Shown: one piece after another, positions 48,497-59,172 of the stretch
How positions within the stretch are numbered: the first letter of the stretch is position 1
Layout: every line of letters starts with the position of its first letter
Assembly (NCBI GenBank): GCA_045613125.1
Contig: JAZLAM010000022.1
Location: forward strand, 7,227-71,226
DNA from: Alphaproteobacteria bacterium
Lineage (GTDB): Bacteria; Pseudomonadota; Alphaproteobacteria; RF32; CAG-239
Direction of reading: 5' to 3'
Length of the DNA: 64,000 nt
Made by a program: the position numbers and the translations under genes
Notes under the pieces: generated by a model
Databases searched by the model: none
Seen by the model: the letters and a program-made list of their open reading frames with translations, nothing else
What the model was told of the DNA's origin: nothing

Positions 48497-50299
48497 ATGA
48501 CCGATTTGACACATATCAGAAATTTTGCAATCATTGCCCACATTGATCATGGGAAGTCTACACTTGCCGACAGAATAATTGAATATTGTGGTGGTTTAAC
48601 CGAACGAGAAATGACAGAACAGGTTCTTGATTCTATGGACATTGAAAAAGAACGCGGAATTACCATTAAGGCTCAAACAGTCAGGTTGAACTACAAAGCA
48701 AAAGATGGTAAAATCTATCAGCTTAATCTGATGGACACTCCCGGTCACGTTGACTTTTCTTATGAAGTGTCTCGCTCTCTTGCCTCTTGCGAAGGATCTA
48801 TCTTAGTTGTAGATTCAACTCAAGGCGTTGAAGCTCAGACATTGGCTAACGTATACTTAGCCATAGATAACAATCATGAAATTGTTCCTGTTCTGAATAA
48901 GATTGATTTACCATCATCAGAACCTGATAGAGTTAAACAACAAATTGAAGATGTTATCGGTCTTGACACTTCAGAAGCTGTTGAAACATCAGGAAAAACA
49001 GGTCTTGGCGTTCCGGATTTATTAGAAGCCGTAGTTAATAAACTTCCTGCTCCGAAAGGTGATGAAAATGCGCCGTTAAAAGCTCTCTTAATTGACAGTT
49101 GGTATGATTCTTATTTAGGAGTTATTATATTAGTGCGCGTTCATGATGGCATTTTGAAAAAGAAAACACTCATTCGAATGATGTCAAACAATGCCGTATA
49201 TAATGTCGATAAAGTTGGTATATTTACACCAAAAATGCAAGATGTTGAAGCCTTATATCCCGGTGAAGTCGGTTTCATAACAGCCAGCATTAAAAGTGTA
49301 AGCGATTGTAACATCGGTGATACCATAACAGACAATAAAGTTCCTTGTGCAGAACCGTTGCCCGGTTTCAAGCCTTCCATTCCGGTTGTTTTCTGCTCCA
49401 TATTCCCGACAGATTCCAGTCAATATGAAGCATTAAAAGACGCTCTTGCAAAACTAAAATTAAACGATGCAAGTATAAATTATCAAAATGAAAATTCTGC
49501 TGCTTTAGGTCTTGGTTTCCGTTGCGGATTTTTAGGTCTTTTGCATATGGAAATTATTCAAGAACGCATCGGTAGAGAGTTTGATTTAGATATCATAACC
49601 ACAGCGCCATCCGTTGCATATAAAATTCATCTTACAAGCGGTACTGAGCTTATGTTACACAATCCGGCAGACATGCCTGACTTAAGCACAGTTAAGTTTA
49701 TTGAAGAACCAATGGTAAAAGCTACCATTTTGGTTCCTGATACATATTTAGGCGCTGTTTTAAAACTTTGCACCGAACGTCGAGGAGAACAAGTTGAGCT
49801 AACATATGTCGGTACACGAGCCATGGTTATCTACAACATTCCGTTAAATGAAATTGTGTTTGATTTTTACGACAGATTAAAATCGATTACCAGCGGATAT
49901 GCAAGTTTTGACTATGAACTCACAGGTTATCAAGAATCTGATTTAGTTAAAGTTCAAATTTTGATTAATGAAGAGCCCGTTGATGCTTTAGCTTTTTTGT
50001 GTCATCGCTCTCAGGCCGAATCGAGAGGACGTCAAATTTGCGAACGATTAAAAGACTTAATTCCGAGACACTTGTTCAAAATTCCGATACAAGCAGCCAT
50101 TGGCGGAAGAGTTGTGGCTCGTGAAACCATATCGGCCATGCGTAAAGATGTAACTGCAAAATGTTATGGCGGTGACGTTACTCGTAAACGCAAACTTTTA
50201 GATAAACAGAAAAAAGGTAAACAACGCATGCGCCAGTTTGGTAAAGTTGAGGTTCCACAATCTGCATTTATCGAAGCATTACGCATCGGTGATGATTAA
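48497..50299 (+). CDS. lepA: Elongation factor 4
   Basis: GTPase G1-G4 motifs ([18 protein letters not shown]). LepA-specific C-terminal domain. 600 aa. Confidence 0.95.
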   Translation: MTDLTHIRNFAIIAHIDHGKSTLADRIIEYCGGLTEREMTEQVLDSMDIEKERGITIKAQTVRLNYKAKDGKIYQLNLMDTPGHVDFSYEVSRSLASCEGSILVVDSTQGVEAQTLANVYLAIDNNHEIVPVLNKIDLPSSEPDRVKQQIEDVIGLDTSEAVETSGKTGLGVPDLLEAVVNKLPAPKGDENAPLKALLIDSWYDSYLGVIILVRVHDGILKKKTLIRMMSNNAVYNVDKVGIFTPKMQDVEALYPGEVGFITASIKSVSDCNIGDTITDNKVPCAEPLPGFKPSIPVVFCSIFPTDSSQYEALKDALAKLKLNDASINYQNENSAALGLGFRCGFLGLLHMEIIQERIGREFDLDIITTAPSVAYKIHLTSGTELMLHNPADMPDLSTVKFIEEPMVKATILVPDTYLGAVLKLCTERRGEQVELTYVGTRAMVIYNIPLNEIVFDFYDRLKSITSGYASFDYELTGYQESDLVKVQILINEEPVDALAFLCHRSQAESRGRQICERLKDLIPRHLFKIPIQAAIGGRVVARETISAMRKDVTAKCYGGDVTRKRKLLDKQKKGKQRMRQFGKVEVPQSAFIEALRIGDD

Positions 50300-50326
50300 A
50301 AAAAGAGAGCATCAGCTCTCTTTTTT
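50299..50326. terminator. Bidirectional terminator
   Basis: gagagcatcagctctc hairpin between convergent genes. A-run and T-run on either side. Confidence 0.5.
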
Positions 50327-50732
50327 AATCTGATACACAATCATTTCCGCGCCATTTCCATGCTGATATAATGTTTTCTTTAATCATAAATGAGGTTTGA
50401 CAATATGCTTCAACCACATTATCGGTCAATTCTGCATAAGGCATAAAGTTATACTCATTCATTAGCGGTGCATAAATGGTATCATCAGGCTCAAATTCTT
50501 CATTGTAAAGATAATATTCTGACGGAAAATAAAAATCATTTATTTTTGTATAGGTAAAAATTTTGGTATTATCATTTACATATTTAACAGCACTAGGTGT
50601 TCCCCATGCCATAACAAGATCTTGTTCAGTTTTACCTATCCAAGAATTTAATTTTGCGTCATACTTTTCCGGAGTAGCACAAGCTAAAACTAAAAATGTT
50701 AAAATCAGTAAAAATGCTATATTTCTTATCAT
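50325..50732 (-). CDS. Lipoprotein, hypothetical
   Basis: Signal peptide with lipobox (LVLAC|A). Confidence 0.45.
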   Translation of the reverse strand: MIRNIAFLLILTFLVLACATPEKYDAKLNSWIGKTEQDLVMAWGTPSAVKYVNDNTKIFTYTKINDFYFPSEYYLYNEEFEPDDTIYAPLMNEYNFMPYAELTDNVVEAYCQTSFMIKENIISAWKWRGNDCVSD

Positions 50733-50898
50733 ATCTCCTCCTTTATTTTTTCAAATAAATAATCTCGGAAATCATATTTTCAATTTAGCAAAAAAGTTTT
50801 ATCCAATCTCTTATTTTAATCCACAACCGACACACTTCATGATTGCAAAAAAAAAAATAAACCTATAATTTGACTAAACATCATTTTTAGGAGTTTTT

Positions 50899-51510
50899 TT
50901 GATGAAATTATTTAAGAGCAATCAATATGGAAGAAGCATGGTTGAGATGTTGGGAGTTTTGGCCATCATCGGTGTCTTGTCCGTTGGCGGTATCGCCGGT
51001 TATTCTAAAGCTATGTATAAGCAAAAAATGAACAAATCTGTAGATATTGTTTCTAATATTTTGATGGGAATAAATGAATTGTTATTAAAAAACCCTAATG
51101 AAGATATATTTATAGACGGCGTTCAAAATGCAGTAAAATTAGGCATACTGGATAAATCATTGTGCGATAGCTCTGATATATGTAGACTTCCTATCGGTGC
51201 TGAAATATTGATTAATTTTACTAAATCATTCGGTATAATTTTTAAAGAAGGTAATCGTATAAATCTTTGTATTGATTTTTTATCACATCATTGGGAAACT
51301 GCATTACCGATTAATTATAACGGTATAAGCGCTGTAACTTATAAAGGTGATCAGAATTTCATATATTCATCAACTGCACTTAACACTTATATTGGAATTA
51401 AAACAAGCTATACATTAGCTGATATCAAAGAGGCTTGTAATAATGCTTGTGATAATGACTATCATTGTTATGTTTATTTTTATACTTGGGATGAAACAAA
51501 TAGTTATTAA
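50899..51510 (+). CDS. Type IV pilin-like protein (class III signal)
   Basis: Short basic leader, then G|RSMVEMLGVLAIIGVLSVGGIAGYSKAM with Glu at +5. Variable C-terminal domain with paired Cys residues. Confidence 0.7.
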   Translation: MMKLFKSNQYGRSMVEMLGVLAIIGVLSVGGIAGYSKAMYKQKMNKSVDIVSNILMGINELLLKNPNEDIFIDGVQNAVKLGILDKSLCDSSDICRLPIGAEILINFTKSFGIIFKEGNRINLCIDFLSHHWETALPINYNGISAVTYKGDQNFIYSSTALNTYIGIKTSYTLADIKEACNNACDNDYHCYVYFYTWDETNSY

Positions 51511-51600
51511 GTGTTATAGAAAAATCAAATTAAACAACTGTTTTCTTTTAAACTGCGCCTAATACGTTATCTAAAGATATTTTGCTTGCATCATAAACTA

Positions 51601-51640
51601 ATTTTCAAGCCTCTGTTTTCACAGAGGCTTTTTTTATTTA
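51601..51640. terminator. Bidirectional terminator
   Basis: gcctctgttttcacagaggc hairpin with flanking A and T runs. The stem sequence is the same as in the ackA terminator. Confidence 0.55.
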
Positions 51641-51643
51641 ACA

Positions 51644-52237
51644 TTAAAGTTCTTTTCTGGAAGTAAGGGCCATTTGGATTGTACCGTCATCCATATAATC
51701 AAGCTCTGCACCCACCGGAATTCCTTGTGCTAAGGTTGTAATTTTAATATTACTATCCTTTAGTCTATTCAGCAAATAATGCGTTGTAATTTGTCCGTCA
51801 ATTGTTGCCGGTAAGGCCAAAATAACTTCCTCAAAAACACCTGTCTCAAGGCGAGAAAACAAATTTTCAATATTTAAATCTTCAGGGGTTATTCCGTCAA
51901 TTGCCGAGAGCACTCCACCCAAAATGTGGTATAAGCCTTTATAAAAGCCCACTCTTTCCATCGCCCATAAATCAGCAACGTCTTGCACAACGCAAACTGT
52001 TTTATAATCTCTTGCAGCAGATGAACAAATTGCACAAATTTCTTCAGTATCAAAATTACCGCAAACTTTGCAAGTTTTTATATTTTCTGCAACATCTTGC
52101 AAAGCAGATATCAACGGCAACATTTGCTCATTTTTCTTTTTCAAAAGTTGCAAAACAATGCGTCTTGCCGACCTTGTTCCCAGAGCCGGCAATTTAGCTA
52201 TTGTTTTTATGAGTTTTTCGATTTCTTTTCCTGCCAA
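51644..52237 (-). CDS. recR: Recombination protein RecR
   Basis: C4 zinc finger (CKVCGNF...CAIC). Toprim domain. Confidence 0.9.
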   Translation of the reverse strand: MAGKEIEKLIKTIAKLPALGTRSARRIVLQLLKKKNEQMLPLISALQDVAENIKTCKVCGNFDTEEICAICSSAARDYKTVCVVQDVADLWAMERVGFYKGLYHILGGVLSAIDGITPEDLNIENLFSRLETGVFEEVILALPATIDGQITTHYLLNRLKDSNIKITTLAQGIPVGAELDYMDDGTIQMALTSRKEL

Positions 52238-52246
52238 TTTTTTTCT

Positions 52247-52567
52247 CTAAAACGGAATTTTTAAACCACCCAAATTAGCTCCACCGGTAGCTTCTTTCAT
52301 TCCGTCTTCTTGCATAGCTTCAATTTTTGCATGAGCATCATTATATGCAGCAACAATAAGGTCTTCCAAAACATCTACTTCATCGGCATCAATCAAAGAC
52401 TTATCAATGCTGATTTTTTTCATTTCGGAACGGCCGCTTAAAACAACCTTTACCAAGCCACCACCGCTTGCTCCTTCTCTTTCTTCTTCAGCCAAACGAG
52501 CTTGAGTTTCTTGCATTTTCTTTTGCATCATTTGTGCTTGTTTCATTAAACCTTGAATATTTAGCAT
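52247..52567 (-). CDS. ybaB: Nucleoid-associated protein YbaB/EbfC
   Basis: Family-typical sequence (LMKQAQMMQKKMQ...GGGLVKV...). Conserved dnaX-ybaB-recR linkage. Confidence 0.85.
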   Translation of the reverse strand: MLNIQGLMKQAQMMQKKMQETQARLAEEEREGASGGGLVKVVLSGRSEMKKISIDKSLIDADEVDVLEDLIVAAYNDAHAKIEAMQEDGMKEATGGANLGGLKIPF

Positions 52568-52573
52568 TTCAAA

Positions 52574-54298
52574 TTACTCCTCATCATATGTATTAACAAT
52601 TAAATTTTCTTCATCTTCTATGTCTTCTTGCGAAACCTTACGAACCAAAGTATCAATTTTAGCACCCGGAAATTCACTCAATATAGCTTTAATAAGCGGA
52701 TATTCCGATACACTTTGTTTGTCTTGTTCAAGAGCAGCTCTTTCTTTATCGGCTAAAGTTTCGCCCAAAGGACCACGTCTTATTTCCACTTTCCATTTTA
52801 TGCCGCTTGCAGCCTCAAGTTCTTTGTTGAAATTTTGCATAAAATCAGGTGCTATCTTGTCAGATATGGCCATTTTTATATGCCCCGAAGCAAATTCTTC
52901 AATAGAAATATCATTTTTTACGCTATAAAGAAGCAACAATTTTTTATGCTCTGTCAGATATAAAACAAAATCATTTAAGCTAAAATTTATATCTGTATTT
53001 TGTGTTTCTTGATTAACACTATTATCAGATTTTTCTTCTACTGCTTTGCTTTCTGCCACAAACTGTTTAACAGGTTCTGTTTGAACTGCTTTAGCATCAT
53101 TAACATGGCTGATAACACTTAAACTAGATTTTTTTTTTACTTCAGATAAAAGCTCTGCAGGAGTCGGTAAATTTGCCGAATATGCAACTCTGACCAAAAT
53201 CATCTCTAATGCCTTTAATGGCATATGCGCACTATTAAGTTCTGAAATACCTTTAATAAGCATCTGCCACATCCGAGACAACACTGCAATAGAAATTGAA
53301 GATGAAAGTTTTTCACAAAGTTTGCGCTCATTTTCGCTTAACATTTCAGAACCAAGTGTTGCCGGAACAATTTTAGCACGAGCAAGCATATGTGTAACAT
53401 CTATTAAGTCTTGCAAAATAGATGTCGGATTTGCCCCATTTTGATATTGATTTCCTAAATTGTGCAACACAGCCTGCATATCACCGGATATAAGTTTTTC
53501 AAAAAGCTCCAATGTTTTGTTTCTGTCAGCCAAACCTATCATTTCGATTACGGCATCTGTTTTAATTTTTCCATCGCCTAACACAATTGCCTGATCCAAC
53601 ATTGATAATCCGTCACGAGCAGAACCGTCAGCTGCACGAGCTACAATTTCTAACGCCTCATCTTGAGCTTCAATTCCTTCTGCTGTTATAATCTTTTTAA
53701 AAAGTGCGACTAAGGTTTCTATATTCAAACGTTGTAAATCAAAACGCTGACAACGAGATAATATTGTTACCGGAACTTTTCTTATTTCTGTGGTAGCAAA
53801 TATAAATTTGACATGTGCAGGAGGCTCTTCCAAGGTTTTCAAGAGGGCATTAAAAGCACCTTTTGAAAGCATATGAACCTCATCTATGATATAGACTTTA
53901 TACCTTGCATTTGTCGGCTTATAACCAACACCGTCAAGAAGTTCACGCATATCATCAACACCGGTTCTTGAAGCAGCATCAAGTTCTAACACATCTATAT
54001 GTCTTCCGGCAGCAATTGCCTTACAATTTTCACACACTCCGCAAGGACGTATAGTAGGCCCGCCTTTACCATCAAGGCCAATACAATTTAATGCTCTGGC
54101 AATCAAACGAGCCGTAGTTGTTTTACCGACACCTCTAATACCGGTTAGTATATAAGCATGATGTAAACGATTATTTTTAATGGCATTTGTAAGAGTTTGC
54201 ACCAAAGCATCTTGACCTAACAAATCTTCAAAAGTTTGAGGACGATATTTTCTTGCCAACACTACATATTGATTTTGTATATTATCTTCTGCCATCAC
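52574..54298 (-). CDS. dnaX: DNA polymerase III subunit tau/gamma
   Basis: AAA+ clamp-loader motifs (GIRGVGKTT, DEVHML, SRC). Zn module CGVCENC. Confidence 0.9.
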   Translation of the reverse strand: MMAEDNIQNQYVVLARKYRPQTFEDLLGQDALVQTLTNAIKNNRLHHAYILTGIRGVGKTTTARLIARALNCIGLDGKGGPTIRPCGVCENCKAIAAGRHIDVLELDAASRTGVDDMRELLDGVGYKPTNARYKVYIIDEVHMLSKGAFNALLKTLEEPPAHVKFIFATTEIRKVPVTILSRCQRFDLQRLNIETLVALFKKIITAEGIEAQDEALEIVARAADGSARDGLSMLDQAIVLGDGKIKTDAVIEMIGLADRNKTLELFEKLISGDMQAVLHNLGNQYQNGANPTSILQDLIDVTHMLARAKIVPATLGSEMLSENERKLCEKLSSSISIAVLSRMWQMLIKGISELNSAHMPLKALEMILVRVAYSANLPTPAELLSEVKKKSSLSVISHVNDAKAVQTEPVKQFVAESKAVEEKSDNSVNQETQNTDINFSLNDFVLYLTEHKKLLLLYSVKNDISIEEFASGHIKMAISDKIAPDFMQNFNKELEAASGIKWKVEIRRGPLGETLADKERAALEQDKQSVSEYPLIKAILSEFPGAKIDTLVRKVSQEDIEDEENLIVNTYDEE

Positions 54299-54314
54299 AT
54301 TCTCTTAAAAAGGC

Positions 54315-54400
54315 GAAGGGACAAAAACCTCGCTTCAACCGTTACGGCTGCTTCCTTCCGAACCTGACCGGGTTGGCGGCGAACCGACCTTTTGCCCTTC
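54315..54400 (-). ncRNA. ffs: Signal recognition particle RNA (small 4.5S type)
   Basis: On the minus strand the segment reads ...GGUCAGGUUCGGAAGGAAGCAGCCG..., matching the conserved SRP RNA domain IV motif. The terminal stems gaagggcaaaagg / cctttttgtcccttc pair. It lies immediately upstream of dnaX, a conserved ffs-dnaX synteny. Confidence 0.75.
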
Positions 54401-54506
54401 ATAATAAAAAAACCTTTTTTATATTGAAACAATCAGCTTCATTTTTAAAGTAAAAAATTAAACTATCAACATTTATCCGTATTTAATAGAAAAACTTTAT
54501 CTTCAT

Positions 54507-55874
54507 TTAATTAAGAATATAAGCCCTAACTTCTTCTGCATCTTTTCCCAAAACTGAAGGAAAATTTAACACTGGTTGAAGCTGATCAGAATTATCTAAA
54601 AGTTTATTTTCAAATTTAGCCGGAGCTTTATCCACCACTTTCGGTCCTTTTGACGTTACTTCCACAATATCTAAACTGTGTTCATTAGTTCCGTTTTCCA
54701 ATATACGAAAAGCACCGTTGATACCGACATATCCGTTAGAATCGATAATATTTGCATAAATATCTTCTTGAGGTTTTTCAGACAACGCAGAAGCCAACAA
54801 AACACCATCATATGCAAAAGAGTACAACTGATTAGGCAACTGACCGAATAATCGTTCATATTTTTTTGTAAAGTAATTGTTATGAACACGTGACATAACC
54901 GGATAAACTCCGTGATATAAAGTTGTTTCTTTACTCAAATTTGTATTTTCCCAAACCGATGTACCTAAAAATAAAATATCAGGATAATATATATCATAGT
55001 AACCAAACATAACAGCTGCAGATTTTAATCTGCTCGAAGTTTCCGCAATCAGAACAGCATCAAAATCTACCTCACCGGTTGTATATACATTTTTAATTTG
55101 CTTTAATTCTTTTTGAGCCTGTTCATCACCATTTGTAGCCAAAATTTCAAGTTCTTTTTTACGTTTTGTTATTTCTGCTGAACGTTCCTCATAATTAGTA
55201 ATTTCTTTAACAAGAGGGGCAAAATCTAATGTATCAGCCGGATAAAAAGCAAGCTTTACAACTTCTGTCCCATATTTGTGAGCATTACGGACAGCCGATT
55301 TTGCCGTATTGAGTCCTGACATTGTATCAGGAGCTATCACTACTATACGTTTTCTTTGCTTTGAAGCAGCATAAGATATCACTCTGTTAACTTGCTCATC
55401 ACCTAGAAGGCCCAATGTATAAACCCCTTTTTTGAGTACACTTGGCGAAGTAGAAAAAGAAATAACCGGAATATGTTTATCGATAGCCTTACTGCTTATA
55501 ACAGATACTTCTTCACTCATCAAAGGGCCTAAAATTAAATTCACATTATCTTCTATAGCTTCTCTTACAGCCTCGGTTGCACCTTTAACCGAACTTTTTG
55601 TATCATAAAAATGTAGCACCAAATTTTTGTTGTTAGCATCTTCTATGGCCATCATTGCTGCATTTTTAAGTCCGATACCATAGACAGAAGACTTTCCTGT
55701 TAAAGGTAACAACATCGCCACCTTAAAAGCTTTTTCTCCATGAAATTGCACGACACTACTCTGCTCATCAGACACTCCACCTTTTATAGAAATATCAGAT
55801 TTATTATAAAATGATGAACAAGCCACATTCAAAATCAATAAAAACAATAGAGCTACTTTTTTAAACACTTGCAT
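54507..55874 (-). CDS. LpoA-like lipoprotein (periplasmic-binding-protein fold; penicillin-binding-protein activator family)
   Basis: Lipobox signal (LNVAC|S). Type I periplasmic binding protein fold. Divergent from rsmI and followed by yraN, matching the E. coli rsmI/lpoA/yraN arrangement. Confidence 0.55.
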   Translation of the reverse strand: MQVFKKVALLFLLILNVACSSFYNKSDISIKGGVSDEQSSVVQFHGEKAFKVAMLLPLTGKSSVYGIGLKNAAMMAIEDANNKNLVLHFYDTKSSVKGATEAVREAIEDNVNLILGPLMSEEVSVISSKAIDKHIPVISFSTSPSVLKKGVYTLGLLGDEQVNRVISYAASKQRKRIVVIAPDTMSGLNTAKSAVRNAHKYGTEVVKLAFYPADTLDFAPLVKEITNYEERSAEITKRKKELEILATNGDEQAQKELKQIKNVYTTGEVDFDAVLIAETSSRLKSAAVMFGYYDIYYPDILFLGTSVWENTNLSKETTLYHGVYPVMSRVHNNYFTKKYERLFGQLPNQLYSFAYDGVLLASALSEKPQEDIYANIIDSNGYVGINGAFRILENGTNEHSLDIVEVTSKGPKVVDKAPAKFENKLLDNSDQLQPVLNFPSVLGKDAEEVRAYILN

Positions 55875-55948
55875 TTTTCCTCAAAATGTAAAACAATTGA
55901 TTTAGTTCGTTTTATATTAAAAAAAACTTATTGTAAAGAGTTATCAAA

Positions 55949-56785
55949 ATGTTAAACAATGCTTTATACATAGTTGCCACTCCGATAGGTAACCTTATGG
56001 ACATATCTTCAAGAGCAACAGAAACACTTGCAAATGCCGATATCATTGCTTGTGAAGACACGCGAGTTACAAAAAAACTTTTTTCGCTTCTTGATTTAAG
56101 TCTGGATAAAACATTTATTTCTTATCAAGACCACAATGAAGAAGAAAAATCTGACGATATTATAGAACTTATCTTAAACGGTAAGAGTGTTGCTCTGGTT
56201 AGCGATGCAGGATCACCGCTGATTTCAGATCCGGGCTATAAATTAGTAAGAAAATGTGTCGAACAAAACATCAAGGTTTATTCTATCCCCGGAGCATCTG
56301 CCGTTATTTGCGCCTTGCAACTTTCCGGTCTTCCTACCAATCGTTTTATGTTTGCCGGTTTTATACCTAATAAAGATAAGGCCAGAACAGATTTATTCAT
56401 AGAATTAAGCAAAATCAATACGACTTTAGTTTTTTACGAGACAGCTCCCAGATTATGTAAAACTTTATTATGTTTAAATCAAATTTTTCCTGAACGAGAA
56501 ATTGCCGTAGCAAGAGAAATTACCAAAATTTTTGAAGAATGTAAAAGAGCAAGTGCGCAAGAATTATATGAATATTACAGTGAAAATACTCCAAAAGGCG
56601 AAATTGTGATTATGGTTGCACCACCTTCGGAAAAAAATATTTGCAATTTTAATATAGAGCAAGAGCTTAAAATAAGGCTTAAACAAATGAGCTTAAAATC
56701 TGCGGTCAAAGAAGTTACAGAGCTTACCAAAAGCAACAAAAATGATATATATAATTTAGCACTGAGGCTTAAAAATGAACAATAA
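55949..56785 (+). CDS. rsmI: 16S rRNA (cytidine1402-2'-O)-methyltransferase
   Basis: Tetrapyrrole-methylase fold (LYIVATPIGNL, EDTR). Confidence 0.85.
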   Translation: MLNNALYIVATPIGNLMDISSRATETLANADIIACEDTRVTKKLFSLLDLSLDKTFISYQDHNEEEKSDDIIELILNGKSVALVSDAGSPLISDPGYKLVRKCVEQNIKVYSIPGASAVICALQLSGLPTNRFMFAGFIPNKDKARTDLFIELSKINTTLVFYETAPRLCKTLLCLNQIFPEREIAVAREITKIFEECKRASAQELYEYYSENTPKGEIVIMVAPPSEKNICNFNIEQELKIRLKQMSLKSAVKEVTELTKSNKNDIYNLALRLKNEQ

Positions 56786-57131
56786 AAATAGTGGAAAACT
56801 AGCCGAGTTGATTGCTCGTTTATATTTCAGATTCAAAGGTTATACAATAATATCCAAAAATCATAAAGGCATACTAAAAATGCCTGCCGGAGAAGTTGAC
56901 TTTATTGCGCTTAAACATAAAACCCTTGTTTTTGTAGAAGTAAAAAAAAGGCAAAGTATAGAAAAAGCATCTTATGCTATCAAACCCAATCAACAAAAAC
57001 GAATTGTAAATACCGCAAAACTTTTCCTAAAACAACACCCTACATATCAAAACCTTAATATACGTTTTGATGCCTTATTTATAATTTTTCCATTTAAGAT
57101 AGTTCATATACCAAACGCTTGGCAAGAATAG
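56775..57131 (+). CDS. yraN: UPF0102 family protein YraN
   Basis: G..GE.LA...L...GY domain and the FVEVK motif. Overlaps the rsmI end. Confidence 0.7.
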   Translation: MNNKNSGKLAELIARLYFRFKGYTIISKNHKGILKMPAGEVDFIALKHKTLVFVEVKKRQSIEKASYAIKPNQQKRIVNTAKLFLKQHPTYQNLNIRFDALFIIFPFKIVHIPNAWQE

Positions 57132-57133
57132 AT

Positions 57134-57832
57134 TTATTCTTGAACTTCAATCTCTGAACTGTCAATTGAATATCCTGTTGCACGAACCGTTCTGATATAG
57201 TCCGGACCATATTCGTTAAGTGCACGACGCAAGCGTCTGATATGAACATCGACGGTTCTTGATTCAACATATATATTATCACCCCAAACAGTTTTTAATA
57301 AAACTTCACGTGAAAACACTTTTTGAGGTTCACTCATCAACAACTTAAGCAGTCTAAACTCTGTTGGTCCCAAATGTACATATTTATCAGAACGAAAGAC
57401 TTTCTTTTCGGTTAAGTCCATTTTGATATCCTCAAAGATAATCTCTTTCACACTTGCAACTTCGGGAGCTCGTCGCAAATTTGCTTTAACTCTGGCCATA
57501 AGTTCCGGCACGGAAAAAGGTTTGGTTACATAATCATCAGCACCAGCATTTAATCCTTTAATTTTATCTTCTTCTTGTCCTTTTGCTGTTAGCATAATGA
57601 TTGGAATATGCTTAATATCAGGTTTGGTTCTTATAAGCTTACATATCTCAACTCCTGACATTTTCGGCAGCATCCAATCAAGCAAAATAAGCGAAGGATA
57701 ATGAGTTTCAACTTCTGCTATAACTCTTGCTCCATTTGATTCAATTACAACCTCATAGCCTTCCTTTTCTAAGTTATACTTTAACAACAAAGCCAAAGCT
57801 TGTTCATCTTCAACTACCATTATTTTTGTCAT
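57134..57832 (-). CDS. OmpR/PhoB-type two-component response regulator
   Basis: Receiver domain (IMVVEDE...D52-like LLDWMLP, K in MLTAKG). Winged-helix output domain (RSDKYVHLGPTEFRLL). Confidence 0.8.
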   Translation of the reverse strand: MTKIMVVEDEQALALLLKYNLEKEGYEVVIESNGARVIAEVETHYPSLILLDWMLPKMSGVEICKLIRTKPDIKHIPIIMLTAKGQEEDKIKGLNAGADDYVTKPFSVPELMARVKANLRRAPEVASVKEIIFEDIKMDLTEKKVFRSDKYVHLGPTEFRLLKLLMSEPQKVFSREVLLKTVWGDNIYVESRTVDVHIRRLRRALNEYGPDYIRTVRATGYSIDSSEIEVQE

Positions 57833-57847
57833 ATCCCGCTCCTTTAG

Positions 57848-58483
57848 TTAACGTAAAGCTTCAATATTTTTCTTATAATTACCATTATTTAATATGGCAC
57901 TTCCGGCAACCAAAATATCAGCACCTGCTGCCACACATTCGGCTGCGGTTAACGGATTGATACCTCCATCAACTTCAATTTTAATGTCTTTTCCCTTAAT
58001 CATAGATTTTATTTTTACAATTTTTTCAACACTCGCTGAAATAAAACTCTGTCCGCCAAATCCGGGATTTACACTCATAACCAATATCAAATCTAACTTA
58101 TCAAGCACATATTCCAAAACAGTTTCCGGAGTTGACGGATTTAGACTTACCCCAGCTTTTATGCCATATGATTTTATTTCTGCCAAAAGTTTATCCAAAT
58201 GTTTTGTACTTTCCGCATGAATTGTAATGATATCGGCACCTGCTTTAGCAAACCAAGGTATCATATCTTGCGGATTATCAACCATCAGATGCACATCAAA
58301 AGGAAGTCTTGTATAGTTTCTTATACTTTTAACCACCATTGGTCCAAAAGTTAAATTGGGCACAAAATGTCCATCCATAATATCAAGATGAATAAGATCT
58401 GCTCCGGCTTGAGATAAAGCAACAACTTCTTCCTTTAAACAAGAAAAATCGGCAGACAACAGACTAGGTGCAATCAATACCAT
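57848..58483 (-). CDS. rpe: Ribulose-phosphate 3-epimerase
   Basis: Start assigned to MVLIAPSLLSADF. Motifs HLDIMDGHFVPN, HLMV and GGQSF. Confidence 0.85.
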   Translation of the reverse strand: MVLIAPSLLSADFSCLKEEVVALSQAGADLIHLDIMDGHFVPNLTFGPMVVKSIRNYTRLPFDVHLMVDNPQDMIPWFAKAGADIITIHAESTKHLDKLLAEIKSYGIKAGVSLNPSTPETVLEYVLDKLDLILVMSVNPGFGGQSFISASVEKIVKIKSMIKGKDIKIEVDGGINPLTAAECVAAGADILVAGSAILNNGNYKKNIEALR

Positions 58484-58629
58484 AAAAAAACACTCCTTAT
58501 AAAAATATTTCTTGTATGCTAACTCATAAATACTTAAATACTGGTAAAAATTGGCATCTGAAGACATTGATTTTATAAATTATAGACATATTTGTTTTAT
58601 GTTGTATTGTTTTATAAAAGGAGTGAAAC

Positions 58630-59133
58630 ATGGGAGAAACTGCAAAAAAGATTATACAGCTTAATATTCCGGAGTTGTTAAACATTTTAAACGAAGCATA
58701 TGCCGAAGAATGGCTTGCATATTATCAATATTGGATTGGGGCCAAGCTTATAACCGGACAATTTAAAAAAGATATTGAAACCGAGTTTTTAGAACATGCC
58801 AAAGAAGAACTTGAACATGCCGATATGCTTGCAAACCGAATTTTACAATTAGGCGGAACACCGCTCATTAATCCTGATGATTGGAGCAAATTGGCAAAAT
58901 GTAAATATCTGCCACCTGTCAAAGAAGATGCTTTAACACTTGTAAAACAAAATTTGGCATCAGAACGTTGTGCCGCTGACAGATATCATGAAATTTGCGA
59001 AATGTGTTTCGGTAAAGACCACGAAACATTTAAAATTGCAGAACATATCTTAGCTCAAGAGCTTGAGCATGAACAAGAAATGGAAGATTTTTTGGCAGAT
59101 ATGGAAACGGCAAAGCAATATTATCACAACTAA
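58630..59133 (+). CDS. bfr: Bacterioferritin-like diiron protein
   Basis: Two E...ExxH ferroxidase motifs (EHAKEELEHADMLANRIL and ELEHEQEM). ~160-aa all-helical protein. Confidence 0.6.
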   Translation: MGETAKKIIQLNIPELLNILNEAYAEEWLAYYQYWIGAKLITGQFKKDIETEFLEHAKEELEHADMLANRILQLGGTPLINPDDWSKLAKCKYLPPVKEDALTLVKQNLASERCAADRYHEICEMCFGKDHETFKIAEHILAQELEHEQEMEDFLADMETAKQYYHN

Positions 59134-59140
59134 AAAAGCC

Positions 59141-59172
59141 CCCGGTTTTTAAGACTGGGGGATTTTTTTTAT
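59141..59172. terminator. Bidirectional terminator
   Basis: cccccggtttttaagactggggg hairpin with a T-run, between convergent genes. Confidence 0.55.
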
